From: Alphaproteobacteria bacterium
Lineage (GTDB): Bacteria > Pseudomonadota > Alphaproteobacteria > UBA828
DNA length: 64,000 nucleotides
Assembly: GCA_965214705.1 (NCBI GenBank)
Contig: CBDCCI010000002.1
Coordinates: 2,080,001 to 2,144,000, forward strand
Direction of reading: 5' to 3'
Part shown: positions 38,895 to 47,794 of the stretch, piece by piece
Layout of the letters: each line of letters opens with the position of its first letter
Numbering within the stretch: position 1 is the first letter of the stretch
Program-made: the position numbers and the translations under genes
Notes under the pieces: model-generated
What the model was told of the DNA's origin: nothing
What the model saw: the letters and a program-made list of their open reading frames with translations, nothing else
Databases searched by the model: none

Positions 38895-39364
38895 AGCCGG
38901 CGCTTCCCGCGCTTGCGCTCGCGAACTTCAACTGGCGTGCGGTAGCTCCCGGAGTCGACCAGCGCCGCGCCCAACAGACGCGCCGCGCGGACTTCGCGAA
39001 GCCCGCCCCGCACCCCTTCATGGACGGCCCGGAACTCGACAGATAGACCCGTCATGGTGCCGTTCTTCACCATGGTCGCCGCGTCGCGCCCGCGCTGCGT
39101 ATCGGGAAGCGCCACGTCTATACGAACCTCGCGACCGTCCACGGTCGGCGTAAAGCGCATGATCGGCGCTTGCCGATTGTGCTGTTCGTTCAAGATCACG
39201 CCTTCGTCTGGCCACGACAGGGCGCCGTCCGCGAACACTTCCGCGCGATCCTTCGCACGCTCGCCATAGGTCATCAGAACGCCCCGCAACCGACCGGGCG
39301 ACTGGCGGGTTTCGTCGGCGCGAAGCTCGACTGCGCACCGTAGCTCCCGAGTCTCTCGCGTCAT
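38885..39364 (-). CDS. HK97-type prohead protease
   Basis: EVFADGAL, LNEQHN, GLSVEF, ALVDSGSY. Confidence 0.88.
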   Translation of the reverse strand: MTRETRELRCAVELRADETRQSPGRLRGVLMTYGERAKDRAEVFADGALSWPDEGVILNEQHNRQAPIMRFTPTVDGREVRIDVALPDTQRGRDAATMVKNGTMTGLSVEFRAVHEGVRGGLREVRAARLLGAALVDSGSYRTPVEVRERKRGKRRLWL

Positions 39365-39798
39365 GTGCCGCGCCTCCGATACCAGCGGCCGATTGCCTGC
39401 GCGCAATCATCGGAAAGTTCACCCGTGGCAGGGTCCGCAAGGCGCGCCGACACCACGTCTTCGCCTGGATCAACGATCCGTTCCGTTGCCCCGGCGCCAA
39501 GTCGGCCTAGAAGCTCGCGACGGCGTTCGGGGTCGCCGTCCGAATTCGTGGCGATGACATCAATCTCGCGAGCGGTTGCGCCGGTAATAATCGCGCGCCG
39601 CGCGTACTCTGCGAGTGGTAGCAACCGTTCATCGCGAAGCGGATAGCGCCCGTTCGGCCCGCGCGTGTCGCCAGTCAAAGCCGCGTAGATGCTTTGGAAG
39701 TCCGCGATGACAACTAGGCCAGCGTGTTCCTCGAACAGCTGCCTTGCGAGCGCCGATTTACCAGCGCCGGCCGGCCCCGAAAGCAGGATCGACGCCAT
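39361..39798 (-). CDS. Small P-loop NTPase/kinase-like protein
   Basis: ILLSGPAGAGKS; coupled to the capsid and protease genes. Confidence 0.75.
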   Translation of the reverse strand: MASILLSGPAGAGKSALARQLFEEHAGLVVIADFQSIYAALTGDTRGPNGRYPLRDERLLPLAEYARRAIITGATAREIDVIATNSDGDPERRRELLGRLGAGATERIVDPGEDVVSARLADPATGELSDDCAQAIGRWYRRRGT

Positions 39799-39804
39799 AG
39801 CCGA

Positions 39805-41067
39805 TCAAGCGACGAACTTGACCCTGACGAAATTCGACGCCCTCGGAAGTGCGAAGCCCCACAAATAATTCAACGTCAGCGCGACTTCGCCCTTAGCAGC
39901 GCCGCCATACGGGTCACGGATCAGCTGGCCGGAGTCCCACACGGCAGCGACGGCCGCACCCTCGATTCCGCGCGCAAGACCGACGAAGCCACCAAAGTCA
40001 TTGGCGTCCGTGGCGGTCTCGATCTCGCCGCGCGTCACCCAGGAAAGGCCGAAGCGCCGCAGGAACTCCGCAATGGTCGTATCGACGCTCGCTCCCGTGT
40101 TCGCGAGGGTGTGGCTCCAAAGCGTGTTCGCTCCGACGGCAAGCACGGTACGCAGGTCGGACGGCGCCATGGCAGCCTTACCGTCGATCAACTCGGCGAA
40201 GGCTTTGAGCACGCTCGATCCCTTCACTTTGTTCGCTTGCGTGATGGTCTTTTCGGTCAGGCCGGCCGCAGTGGTCAGGCCGGTGATGTCCGCCGTCGCC
40301 TCGTTGGCGCCGTCATCGCCCAGGAAAATCGCTCGGTCGATGCCCTCGGTAAGCGCCATGCGCAGGTCGCGTTGCAGCGCGTCCTCAAGTCCCGGAATGC
40401 GGGCCGCATCCTCTAGCGTGAAGACCGCGCGAACGGCGTTACGGGTCGGCTTGATTTCCGTGACCCCGATGGTCCATGCCGCGTCGGCCACCGCTTCCGT
40501 CCTGCCCCGCTGCGCCGCCGACGCGCCGGCCGTGGTAACGGGGTGCGAACTCACACCCGGCTCGACCGACTCCATCGTGACTCCGACTGATGCGGCGGCC
40601 GTGCCGGCAAAGAGCCTGTCAATCCACCGACGCGGCCGGGTCGCCGTGTCAGTGTCGGTCGTGGCGCGTTCCTCAGCCCCCGCCAGCAAGTGAAGCGGGA
40701 AACGGTCGGCACCCATCTCCAGCGCTTGGTTGAACTCGGCCTCGGCACCCGCGACGGCGCGCATTTCCATGGCTGCCGATACATAGTTGCCCAGGCGTAC
40801 TCGGGAGCGCAGTTCGCGAAGCTCGCGGGCTTCCGCGTCCGGCTCACCCGCCGTCGCCCGCTCGCGCTGCTCGGCTTCCTCTTGTTCGACCTCGCGCATT
40901 GCTTGGCGTAGATCGCGCTCCAAGTCTGGTATACCGGCTTCGAGTCGATCAAATTCGGCGCTCTGTTCCTCGGAGCGGTTTTCAATCAGGCCCAACTCTG
41001 CCATGCGCCCGCGCTCTTTGGACTGACGCTCACGAAGTTCGCGGAGTTTCTTTTGTGTTTTCGTCAT
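39805..41067 (-). CDS. Major capsid protein (HK97-like, coiled-coil delta domain)
   Basis: 420 aa from MTKTQ; N-terminal coiled coil; EGIDRAIFLGDDG; LIRDPYGGAAKGEVAL. Confidence 0.85.
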   Translation of the reverse strand: MTKTQKKLRELRERQSKERGRMAELGLIENRSEEQSAEFDRLEAGIPDLERDLRQAMREVEQEEAEQRERATAGEPDAEARELRELRSRVRLGNYVSAAMEMRAVAGAEAEFNQALEMGADRFPLHLLAGAEERATTDTDTATRPRRWIDRLFAGTAAASVGVTMESVEPGVSSHPVTTAGASAAQRGRTEAVADAAWTIGVTEIKPTRNAVRAVFTLEDAARIPGLEDALQRDLRMALTEGIDRAIFLGDDGANEATADITGLTTAAGLTEKTITQANKVKGSSVLKAFAELIDGKAAMAPSDLRTVLAVGANTLWSHTLANTGASVDTTIAEFLRRFGLSWVTRGEIETATDANDFGGFVGLARGIEGAAVAAVWDSGQLIRDPYGGAAKGEVALTLNYLWGFALPRASNFVRVKFVA

Positions 41068-41075
41068 GTTTCCCT

Positions 41076-41474
41076 CTATTGCAAAATGCCGGGCGCGGGC
41101 GAAGCGCCTTCGGTCGGTGGGGACAAAATGATTTTCTTGCCGCAAAGCCGCACAATGATGGTTTGTTCTTCGGGGCACGCTGCAATCTCGAAGTCGTCCG
41201 CGACTGCATCGCAATGTTTAAGAACCTTAGCTAACGAATCGCATGTCAGTTCGAACGTTTTGACGCCAAGTATCTCCGCCATGCGTTTTTTCGAAAAAAC
41301 CACTGAATCGTGTTCGGGGTCAAGAACTTCACAAAACAATTCCAGTGCAGCCGCCACAACTTGCGTGCGCGCTATTGTTGGACTTCCTGGCGTGGATTCT
41401 TTGAGAAGTTTCCGCGCCCGGTCCAACGCTGCCGCGCCATCTCGGTTCAAATGGACAACTTTCGTGCGAGCCAT
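41076..41474 (-). CDS. Hypothetical protein, possible ribbon-helix-helix N-terminus
   Basis: KVVHLNRDGAAALDRA...TQVVAAALE; lower GC. Confidence 0.5.
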   Translation of the reverse strand: MARTKVVHLNRDGAAALDRARKLLKESTPGSPTIARTQVVAAALELFCEVLDPEHDSVVFSKKRMAEILGVKTFELTCDSLAKVLKHCDAVADDFEIAACPEEQTIIVRLCGKKIILSPPTEGASPAPGILQ

Positions 41475-41539
41475 GACCCCGGACTAACACGAGAGTCTAT
41501 GGTTGTCCACAAGCGTTATATTGCGCTATATTATGGAAT

Positions 41540-41565
41540 AAACCTACGAGCGGGCCGTAGGTTTT
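41540..41565. terminator. Hairpin terminator downstream of HNH
   Basis: AAACCTACG-AGCGGGC-CGTAGGTTTT. Confidence 0.55.
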
Positions 41566-41574
41566 GTCTTAGGC

Positions 41575-41856
41575 TTAGGTCGTGAGTTCTCTTACTAAGC
41601 GGCGCCATTCCTCACGAGCCGGGTCCGCCTCAATTCCGCGCTCACTCGCCGTCTTGGCGATGTGGCAGGACCGACAGAGTGTCTGTAGATTCGCCAGATC
41701 GTAGGGAGCGCCGCCCCGGTCGAGCGGCACCACATGGTCGGCCTCGAGTCGCCCGGTCCGACCGCACGTGACGCAGCGCCAGCCGTCGCGCTCGAAGACG
41801 TCGCGACGGACAGCCTGCCAGCGGCGGCCGGGGAGGCGGGCATGGTGATGGCTCAT
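41575..41856 (-). CDS. Phage HNH endonuclease
   Basis: WQAVRRDVFERDGWRCVTC...DHVVP...NLQTLCRSCHIAKT. Confidence 0.92.
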   Translation of the reverse strand: MSHHHARLPGRRWQAVRRDVFERDGWRCVTCGRTGRLEADHVVPLDRGGAPYDLANLQTLCRSCHIAKTASERGIEADPAREEWRRLVRELTT

Positions 41857-41863
41857 GCTATAG

Positions 41864-43477
41864 CCCGGATTATTCGTGGCGGGTCTGATTTTGGGGTGGC
41901 GGACGTAGCGTAAGCCGTTGCCATCGGGTAGGAATTCGTTGTCGAGGCGTCTTCCTCTCCGAACAACGAAAAAGCCACGCCCGCCATGACCGACGATAGC
42001 CTTCTCCCCTTCGATCTGCCAAGCGTCCAACGCAAGAGGGTGAGCGCCGCCTTCGACGGCGGCCTGATCTCGTCTGACGGCGGCCTGGTCCTGTTGCGCG
42101 AGGCGGAGCGCAGTTTACGTCTGGCCGAGACCCTGGCGGGCTGCATCCGCGACCGGCGCAATCAGGCGCAGGTGGTCCACCCGCTCTCCGCCATGCTGCG
42201 CTTTCGCATGCTGGCCATCGCCTGCGGTTACGAGGATGGCGACGACTGCGACGCGCTGCGCACGGACCCGCTGTTCAAGCTGGCCTCAGGCAAGGCGCCG
42301 GAAAGCAGCCGCGACCTGTGTTCTCAACCGACCATGAGCCGCCTGGAGAACGCGCCGTCTCGCATCGAGGTGGCGCGCATGACGGCCGCCCTGGTCGATC
42401 TCTTCTGCCGCTCCTTCTCAGCCCCACCTGCCGCCATCACGCTGGATATCGACGACACCTGCGATGCCGTGCACGGGCACCAGCAGCTGTCGCTGTTCAA
42501 CGCTCATTACGACACGCGCTGCTTCCTCCCCGTCCACGTCTATCATGTCGAGAGCGGCAAGCCGGTGGCGGTTCTCCTGCGTCCGGGCAAGACGCCGTCG
42601 GGGCCCGAGGTCCGCACCCTCATCAAGCATCTGGTCGGCCGCATCCGCCGCCACTGGCCGCACACCCGGATCGTCTTCCGGGGAGATGCGCACTACGGCC
42701 GCCCGCAAGCCATGGCCTGGTGCGAGGAGAACGGCGTCGACTACATCTTCGGCCTCGCGGGCAACCGCGCGCTCAACGCCTTGGCCTACGAGGTGGCCGA
42801 CGACCTCAAGGTCCGCCGCGCCGAGGCCGGCGCGGACAGGATGCGCAGCTTCGCCGCCTTCGCCTACGCCGCCCGCTCCTGGAGCCGCGAACGCCGGGTC
42901 GTTGCCCGGCTCGAGGCGACGACGCGCGGCTTCGACGCGCGCTATATCGTCACCTCGCTCAAGGGCGAGCCCCGCCGTCTCTACGAAGACATCTACTGTG
43001 CCCGAGGCCAGGCCGAAAACCTGATCAAGATGCACAAGGGCCAGCTCGCCTCGGACCGCACCTCCTGCCAGAGCCCGCTCGCCAACCAGCTCAGGCTGGT
43101 GCTCCACACCGCAGCCTACTGGATGATGCTCGCGCTGCGCGACGCCATTCCCCGCACGGCGCCGCTCGCCCGTGCAGAGTTCGCAACCCTCAGGCTGCGC
43201 CTCCTCAAGATCGGCACCCGCGTCATCGAGAAGGCCACCCGCGTCCGCATCCACTTCACCTCGGCCTGCCCGGACGCCGCTCTCTTCCGACTGCTCGCAG
43301 GCCGCCTCGCCGCAGCAGGCCCCTGAGCGCCGGGGCGATGTGCCCCGACAACCCAGGCTCGTTCAACCCTCAACCCAATAGCGACCCATCCTCAGATCCC
43401 GGCGCCAAACCGCGTCAGGCCACGACGCGACCCGACAACCCAGCCTCAACCGCAAGGTTCTCCGTGAATAAGTCGGG
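41864..43477 (+). mobile_element. IS1380-family element, 1614 bp
   Basis: IR CCCGGATTATTCGTGG / CCGTGAATAAGTCGGG; 4-bp TSD ATAG (41860-41863, 43478-43481). Confidence 0.92.
41986..43326 (+). CDS. IS1380 transposase
   Basis: FDGGLISSDGG, GYEDGDD, LDIDDT, YCARGQAEN. Confidence 0.95.
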   Translation: MTDDSLLPFDLPSVQRKRVSAAFDGGLISSDGGLVLLREAERSLRLAETLAGCIRDRRNQAQVVHPLSAMLRFRMLAIACGYEDGDDCDALRTDPLFKLASGKAPESSRDLCSQPTMSRLENAPSRIEVARMTAALVDLFCRSFSAPPAAITLDIDDTCDAVHGHQQLSLFNAHYDTRCFLPVHVYHVESGKPVAVLLRPGKTPSGPEVRTLIKHLVGRIRRHWPHTRIVFRGDAHYGRPQAMAWCEENGVDYIFGLAGNRALNALAYEVADDLKVRRAEAGADRMRSFAAFAYAARSWSRERRVVARLEATTRGFDARYIVTSLKGEPRRLYEDIYCARGQAENLIKMHKGQLASDRTSCQSPLANQLRLVLHTAAYWMMLALRDAIPRTAPLARAEFATLRLRLLKIGTRVIEKATRVRIHFTSACPDAALFRLLAGRLAAAGP

Positions 43478-43550
43478 ATAGTTCCCGTCCTGCCAAGATC
43501 TCCATCTCGGGGGGATGTACTGTGCACTCTTTTTGAGTTAGGTCATCATC

Positions 43551-44114
43551 ATGGTCAATTGGCAAATCTTGGCGACGGTGGCAGCGCCCATAATCACTCT
43601 CTTTGTTGGTGCCTGGATTGACCGTCGGTTCGAAAGTCGTCCCAGATTATTGACCCACTGGGGTCACGTCTCTTCTTTCAACTACACGAACCAAGATGGT
43701 TCTATAACCCAAGTGAACACCCATGCCGTTGTGCTCAGGAACGCAGGAAGACGAGCGGCAACAAACGTGCGAATGAGTCACCACTATTTGCCATCGTTTA
43801 GTGTTTGGCCGGCTGTTCAATATAATGTAGAGGATATACCGAATTCAGGTCAAGATATTGTTGTGCCAATACTAGTTCCAAACCAACAGTTAACCGTATC
43901 GTATCTATACTTTCCGCCAGTTACTTACGACCGAGTCAATAACGGCGTGAAGTGCGATCAAGGTTTCGCCATTGGGATACCAGTCTTGCTGCGACGGCAG
44001 TATCCCAATTGGGTCAAATACTTTGCGGCCATACTATTGATTGCTGGGGCCTCGACGCTGGTATATGGCCTTTTTGAGCTAGGCCAGTTGGTCGCCGGGC
44101 TGATTTCGGGCTGA
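43551..44114 (+). CDS. Membrane protein (cargo), N- and C-terminal TM helices
   Basis: Hydrophobic termini; low GC; opposite strand to the head genes. Confidence 0.75.
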   Translation: MVNWQILATVAAPIITLFVGAWIDRRFESRPRLLTHWGHVSSFNYTNQDGSITQVNTHAVVLRNAGRRAATNVRMSHHYLPSFSVWPAVQYNVEDIPNSGQDIVVPILVPNQQLTVSYLYFPPVTYDRVNNGVKCDQGFAIGIPVLLRRQYPNWVKYFAAILLIAGASTLVYGLFELGQLVAGLISG

Positions 44115-44188
44115 TGGACTCTGGTTGGTCGCCCTCTATGCTGGCAAGGAACCGCTATGCTCCACGCTCAACCTAATATGCCTGTGGT

Positions 44189-45703
44189 TCAGCCCGCCAA
44201 GCCTCGATAGCGCCAACTCCGCTTCGGACGCTCACCCCGCCGTACGCCTTCCGCAACAGCCAAGATCGCAGCAGCAGCAGCGTCATCGCGCGCCCGCCGC
44301 CGCCGCCCGCCTTCGCTGCCCTTCGCCAGCTTCTCGTTCGCGGCCGGATCGGCAACCGTTGTCGCCTCCGCCAGCGCCGCACGAAGTAGTAGGGAGCGCC
44401 CCGGCGAGACGCACCCCTCCAATACAGCGCGCCGGAATGCCCTCACGTCTTCGGCGCCATCCTTGAAGCCTTGCCCGCGCGGCTGGAATGCCGCTTGCGG
44501 AAAGTGTGCTCGGTCTAGCGCCTGCCTTAGATCAGTCTCCCGGTAGCGGTCAGCAGCAATCGATGACGGCCGGCCCCACCGTGCCAGCACTTCAGATAGC
44601 AGCGCCTCGACGCTCACGGCCCGGCCGGCCGTCACGATCAACTCGCCCCTGTTCGCCATGTCGAGATAGAGCCGCCCCACGCCGTCACGGAGTCCGCGCT
44701 CGCTCAAGTTCGGATGTTCTGGGAACGCGGCTACCGCCTCCAGCCGCCCCGTCGCCGGCCAATAGCCCGCCGCCGCCGACATTGCGGCCCCGTCGCCCAG
44801 GTCCATGCCGAGCGCGTAGGGGCCGCTTCTCTCCGGCATGTCATCGGTCTCGACGCTTGCCCATGTCCCTGCGGTCAACAGCGTGTTCCGCACCACGTCG
44901 GAGACGCCTTGATTCAGTCGCAGCGCTCGGAACGTGGCGAGCAATGCGGGGTCGCGGCGCGCTTCGTCCGCTTCGTCACAGATCGTTTCGGCCAAGTCTG
45001 GCATATGGTCGAGCGCCGGATTCGCCTTGCGCCATGTCCGCTTTCGAAACGGCGGATCGTCCTTTCGCGCCGCGTGGCATTGGGCATAGTCGGCGCCGCC
45101 CGCCAGCATCTTCGCAAACCAGTGTTCATCGTCCGCAGGGCGCGTGCCAAGCGCCACGAAGCGACTCCCCGGTATCTTGCCCCGCGCCGTCTTGAGCGCT
45201 GCCAGCATCGCGTCACGGCTCGTGTGCGGCCATTGCGCCGGCTCATCGGCAAGAATCAATACCGGCGCCAGCCCGTGAGCGCGGCGCGGATCACTTCCGA
45301 TACAACGCGCCTTTGCGCCCGTCTCGCGACACTCTAATAGCGCTACATTTTGGCTGTCTTGAATGCGCCAGCGCTTCGGTTGCGCCTCCAAATACGGCCA
45401 CATAAAAGCGAGGATGTGTTCGAAAACAATGCGCGCTTGTGCGAAGGCCGAAGCGACAATTGTAACTTCGCCGCGCATTTGCATGAGAGGCCCGTCCAAA
45501 CACGCCGTCGCAATGCCCGCAACCAGAGTTGACTTACCGTTGCCGCGCGCGATTGCCAGCGCAGCCGAGCGCACGCCGGGACGGAAAGCCCCCCGAACAA
45601 AGCGACGTTCCCAAGGTAGTACGGAGAAGGGTTGCCCCACGTGGCATCCCTGAGACACCACGAGTCGGGAAAGCCAGGTCTCAAGGGCGTCTGTTTGTGT
45701 CAT
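44189..45703 (-). CDS. terL: Terminase large subunit
   Basis: IARGNGKST Walker A, ILADEP Walker B, WRKANP, GMDLG and DDAAAA nuclease motifs. Confidence 0.93.
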   Translation of the reverse strand: MTQTDALETWLSRLVVSQGCHVGQPFSVLPWERRFVRGAFRPGVRSAALAIARGNGKSTLVAGIATACLDGPLMQMRGEVTIVASAFAQARIVFEHILAFMWPYLEAQPKRWRIQDSQNVALLECRETGAKARCIGSDPRRAHGLAPVLILADEPAQWPHTSRDAMLAALKTARGKIPGSRFVALGTRPADDEHWFAKMLAGGADYAQCHAARKDDPPFRKRTWRKANPALDHMPDLAETICDEADEARRDPALLATFRALRLNQGVSDVVRNTLLTAGTWASVETDDMPERSGPYALGMDLGDGAAMSAAAGYWPATGRLEAVAAFPEHPNLSERGLRDGVGRLYLDMANRGELIVTAGRAVSVEALLSEVLARWGRPSSIAADRYRETDLRQALDRAHFPQAAFQPRGQGFKDGAEDVRAFRRAVLEGCVSPGRSLLLRAALAEATTVADPAANEKLAKGSEGGRRRRARDDAAAAAILAVAEGVRRGERPKRSWRYRGLAG

Positions 45704-45758
45704 CGACACGCCACCCCACGGTCCCCGCGACAACGAGCCATCCGAGCGGTGCCATCGA

Positions 45759-46166
45759 TCAACGGATGATCTTGATGCCCAGCGACTTGAGCAAGCGCCC
45801 CGTGAACTCCAATGGATTCGACGGCTGTTTCCATGGTCGATTTCGAGGATCGCTAAAGGCGCGAACTTCGCGGTCCATCGCCCACAACATGACCCTGCCA
45901 ATGGCTTTCGCGTCGACGACTGTTACTGCGCCGTCCACAACGCGACGCGCGATCTCGCGGCGAACGTCATCAAGCGCCGTCGCAATGGCTTTGCGAAGTG
46001 CCGGCCGTTCGGGAATGCCGGCCTGCGGTAGCCCGAACTCGTTCACAATCGCGTCGATGGCAGCCTCACCGAAGACACCGACTTGAACGGCACGCGGCAT
46101 CGCCGCTTGCTTCGCCTGCGCTTGCCTCAGATACCGTTGCAGATTGTGTCCGCCCGTCACTGACAT
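45759..46166 (-). CDS. Neck/virion morphogenesis protein
   Basis: VQVGV...NEFG...IPERPALR...PLEFTGRLLKS. Confidence 0.7.
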   Translation of the reverse strand: MSVTGGHNLQRYLRQAQAKQAAMPRAVQVGVFGEAAIDAIVNEFGLPQAGIPERPALRKAIATALDDVRREIARRVVDGAVTVVDAKAIGRVMLWAMDREVRAFSDPRNRPWKQPSNPLEFTGRLLKSLGIKIIR

Positions 46167-46170
46167 GCGT

Positions 46171-46566
46171 TCACTCCCCTTGCGGTTGCGGCTCGATCCG
46201 CTCCGCAAGCGCCGTGTCGTACCCTTGCCAGCGCTCGACCACGCGCACCCTGTAGCGCGTGCCGTCGTAGAGGATGACATCGCCCACCGTCCCATCCCCG
46301 GCGGCTTGCAGCGGGGTCACCGTCCAAAAGACAATCGCGCCACTAAGCCGAATGCCCCCCTCTTCGACGTAGCGTTGAAACTGGGTCCAAGTCTTTGGCC
46401 CGCCAGGAGGCTGCGCCGTTACTCTGATCGGGGTTTCGACAGCTGCGCCAGGAACCCACTCGCCAAATGCGTTGCGGCTTCCGACACCCTCGCGAATCAA
46501 AGTCGCCGATGTTCCGAACGTCGCGCCTGTAATGCGAGAGCGCACGCTAAGGGGTCTTGTTCTCAT
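46171..46566 (-). CDS. Head-closure/head-tail adaptor-like protein
   Basis: GEWVPG...AQP...GDVILYDGTRYRVRVVERW. Confidence 0.65.
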   Translation of the reverse strand: MRTRPLSVRSRITGATFGTSATLIREGVGSRNAFGEWVPGAAVETPIRVTAQPPGGPKTWTQFQRYVEEGGIRLSGAIVFWTVTPLQAAGDGTVGDVILYDGTRYRVRVVERWQGYDTALAERIEPQPQGE

Positions 46567-47123
46567 TGCCCGTCCACAACCGTTCTTTGTGACTCTGCCG
46601 GCCCTTTGATTTCGATGTTGACGTGCTCCGCCGTCCCCACGTCTTGCGATGCAGGCTCGCGATATCTGTAAAGAACTATCAAGTCCAAAGCGGCCCGTTC
46701 CTCAAAATGATCGGAAATTATCTCATCCAATTGACGGGCAACAATAGGGCCGTCCAAACGAAAGCCCGCGCGATCTGCAGCTTGTTTCGCGGTTTCGGTA
46801 TCAACCCAAGACATGAAGTTTCGCGCTGCCGTCCGCGCGCCAATGCTTTCCGAGGTTTCTTCGCGAAAGAATTGAATGCTTAGCCTCGCTCTATGAGTTG
46901 TTACGGAATCGATGATTGTATTTTCCGCGTCCCCCGGTTGTACGCGATATTTCTCAAGTGCTGGCCCGTCCAATTGAGCGTCGATTACCAGCACGCTCGC
47001 ATACGGAGTTGACGGGCGACGGCCATTATCATTACCCGGAATGACAAGCTCCGCAGGAATGCCGCTTCCCTGCGCTACGAAGGCGCGGACGCGGCGCTGT
47101 ACAACTTGCGGCATCATGTCCAA
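46563..47123 (-). CDS. Neck/tail-terminator-like protein
   Basis: VIPGNDNGRRPSTPYAS...LSIQF...FEERAALDL. Confidence 0.6.
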   Translation of the reverse strand: MDMMPQVVQRRVRAFVAQGSGIPAELVIPGNDNGRRPSTPYASVLVIDAQLDGPALEKYRVQPGDAENTIIDSVTTHRARLSIQFFREETSESIGARTAARNFMSWVDTETAKQAADRAGFRLDGPIVARQLDEIISDHFEERAALDLIVLYRYREPASQDVGTAEHVNIEIKGPAESQRTVVDGQ

Positions 47124-47593
47124 ATCCTCGCGCTGTTCCGCGCTAGAGCGCTTGACAAATTAGGGCAGATTCCTACCCTTTCCGCTCTAGGCAGGCCCGG
47201 TCAGGGAGCCTAGTCCCCCGATCAAGGGGAGCCCGGCGCGTCACCGCTGGGCCGCGTAATCGGTGCCCTTCACCGCTCACCATCGGCGCCCGGCGGGAGA
47301 TCAACCCCGCCGGGTCCGCTTATTGCCGGCGCTTGCCGTGGATATCGTCGAGACTGACGAGCACCGGGTCGCCAGGGTCGCGCGGGCGCAACTCCGCACG
47401 GGTGAGGTTCTCAGCGTTGCCCGGATTTTCGCGGATGGACGCGCGACCGCCCCCGCTCGCAGCTACTTTCCCAGCGCCACCGCCAAGGCGCACCGGCGCG
47501 CGTCCCGCCGGCCGAATGGTGGATTTCTGCCCCATGGGGCAGTTATTCGGCGATGGGGAGGGGAACGGGAGGCGGCTAAGTGCTTGAAATGAT

Positions 47594-47670
47594 TGGTCGG
47601 AGTGAGTGGATTTGAACCACCGACCCCCGCCTCCCGAAGACGGTGCTCTACCAGGCTGAGCTACACTCCG
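47594..47670 (-). tRNA. tRNA-Pro(CGG)
   Basis: CGGAGTGTAGCTCAGCCTGGTAGAGC...TT-CGG-GA...GGTTCAAATCC...CCGACCA, 77 nt cloverleaf. Confidence 0.97.
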
Positions 47671-47794
47671 ACCGAGGGTGCGCGCAGGCGGTGCAATCCC
47701 GGCCCTCGCGCGCGCTCCTTATAGCCCCAGGCGCCGGGAGCCGGCAAGCAATGTCGCAATCGCCTTGCGAATTAGACCCCATGAGAGACGGGCC

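Larger units (their letters stand above)
35467..47638 (-). mobile_element. Integrated tailless capsid-forming phage satellite or cryptic prophage in tRNA-Pro
   Basis: 45-bp direct repeats, integrase beside the att copy, head-morphogenesis genes, no tail, lysis or replication genes recognised. Confidence 0.85.

Noticed and set aside
37456-47123. RcGTA-like gene transfer agent
   Set aside because: It has int/xis and att sites, lacks tail genes, and the gene order differs from the GTA cluster.
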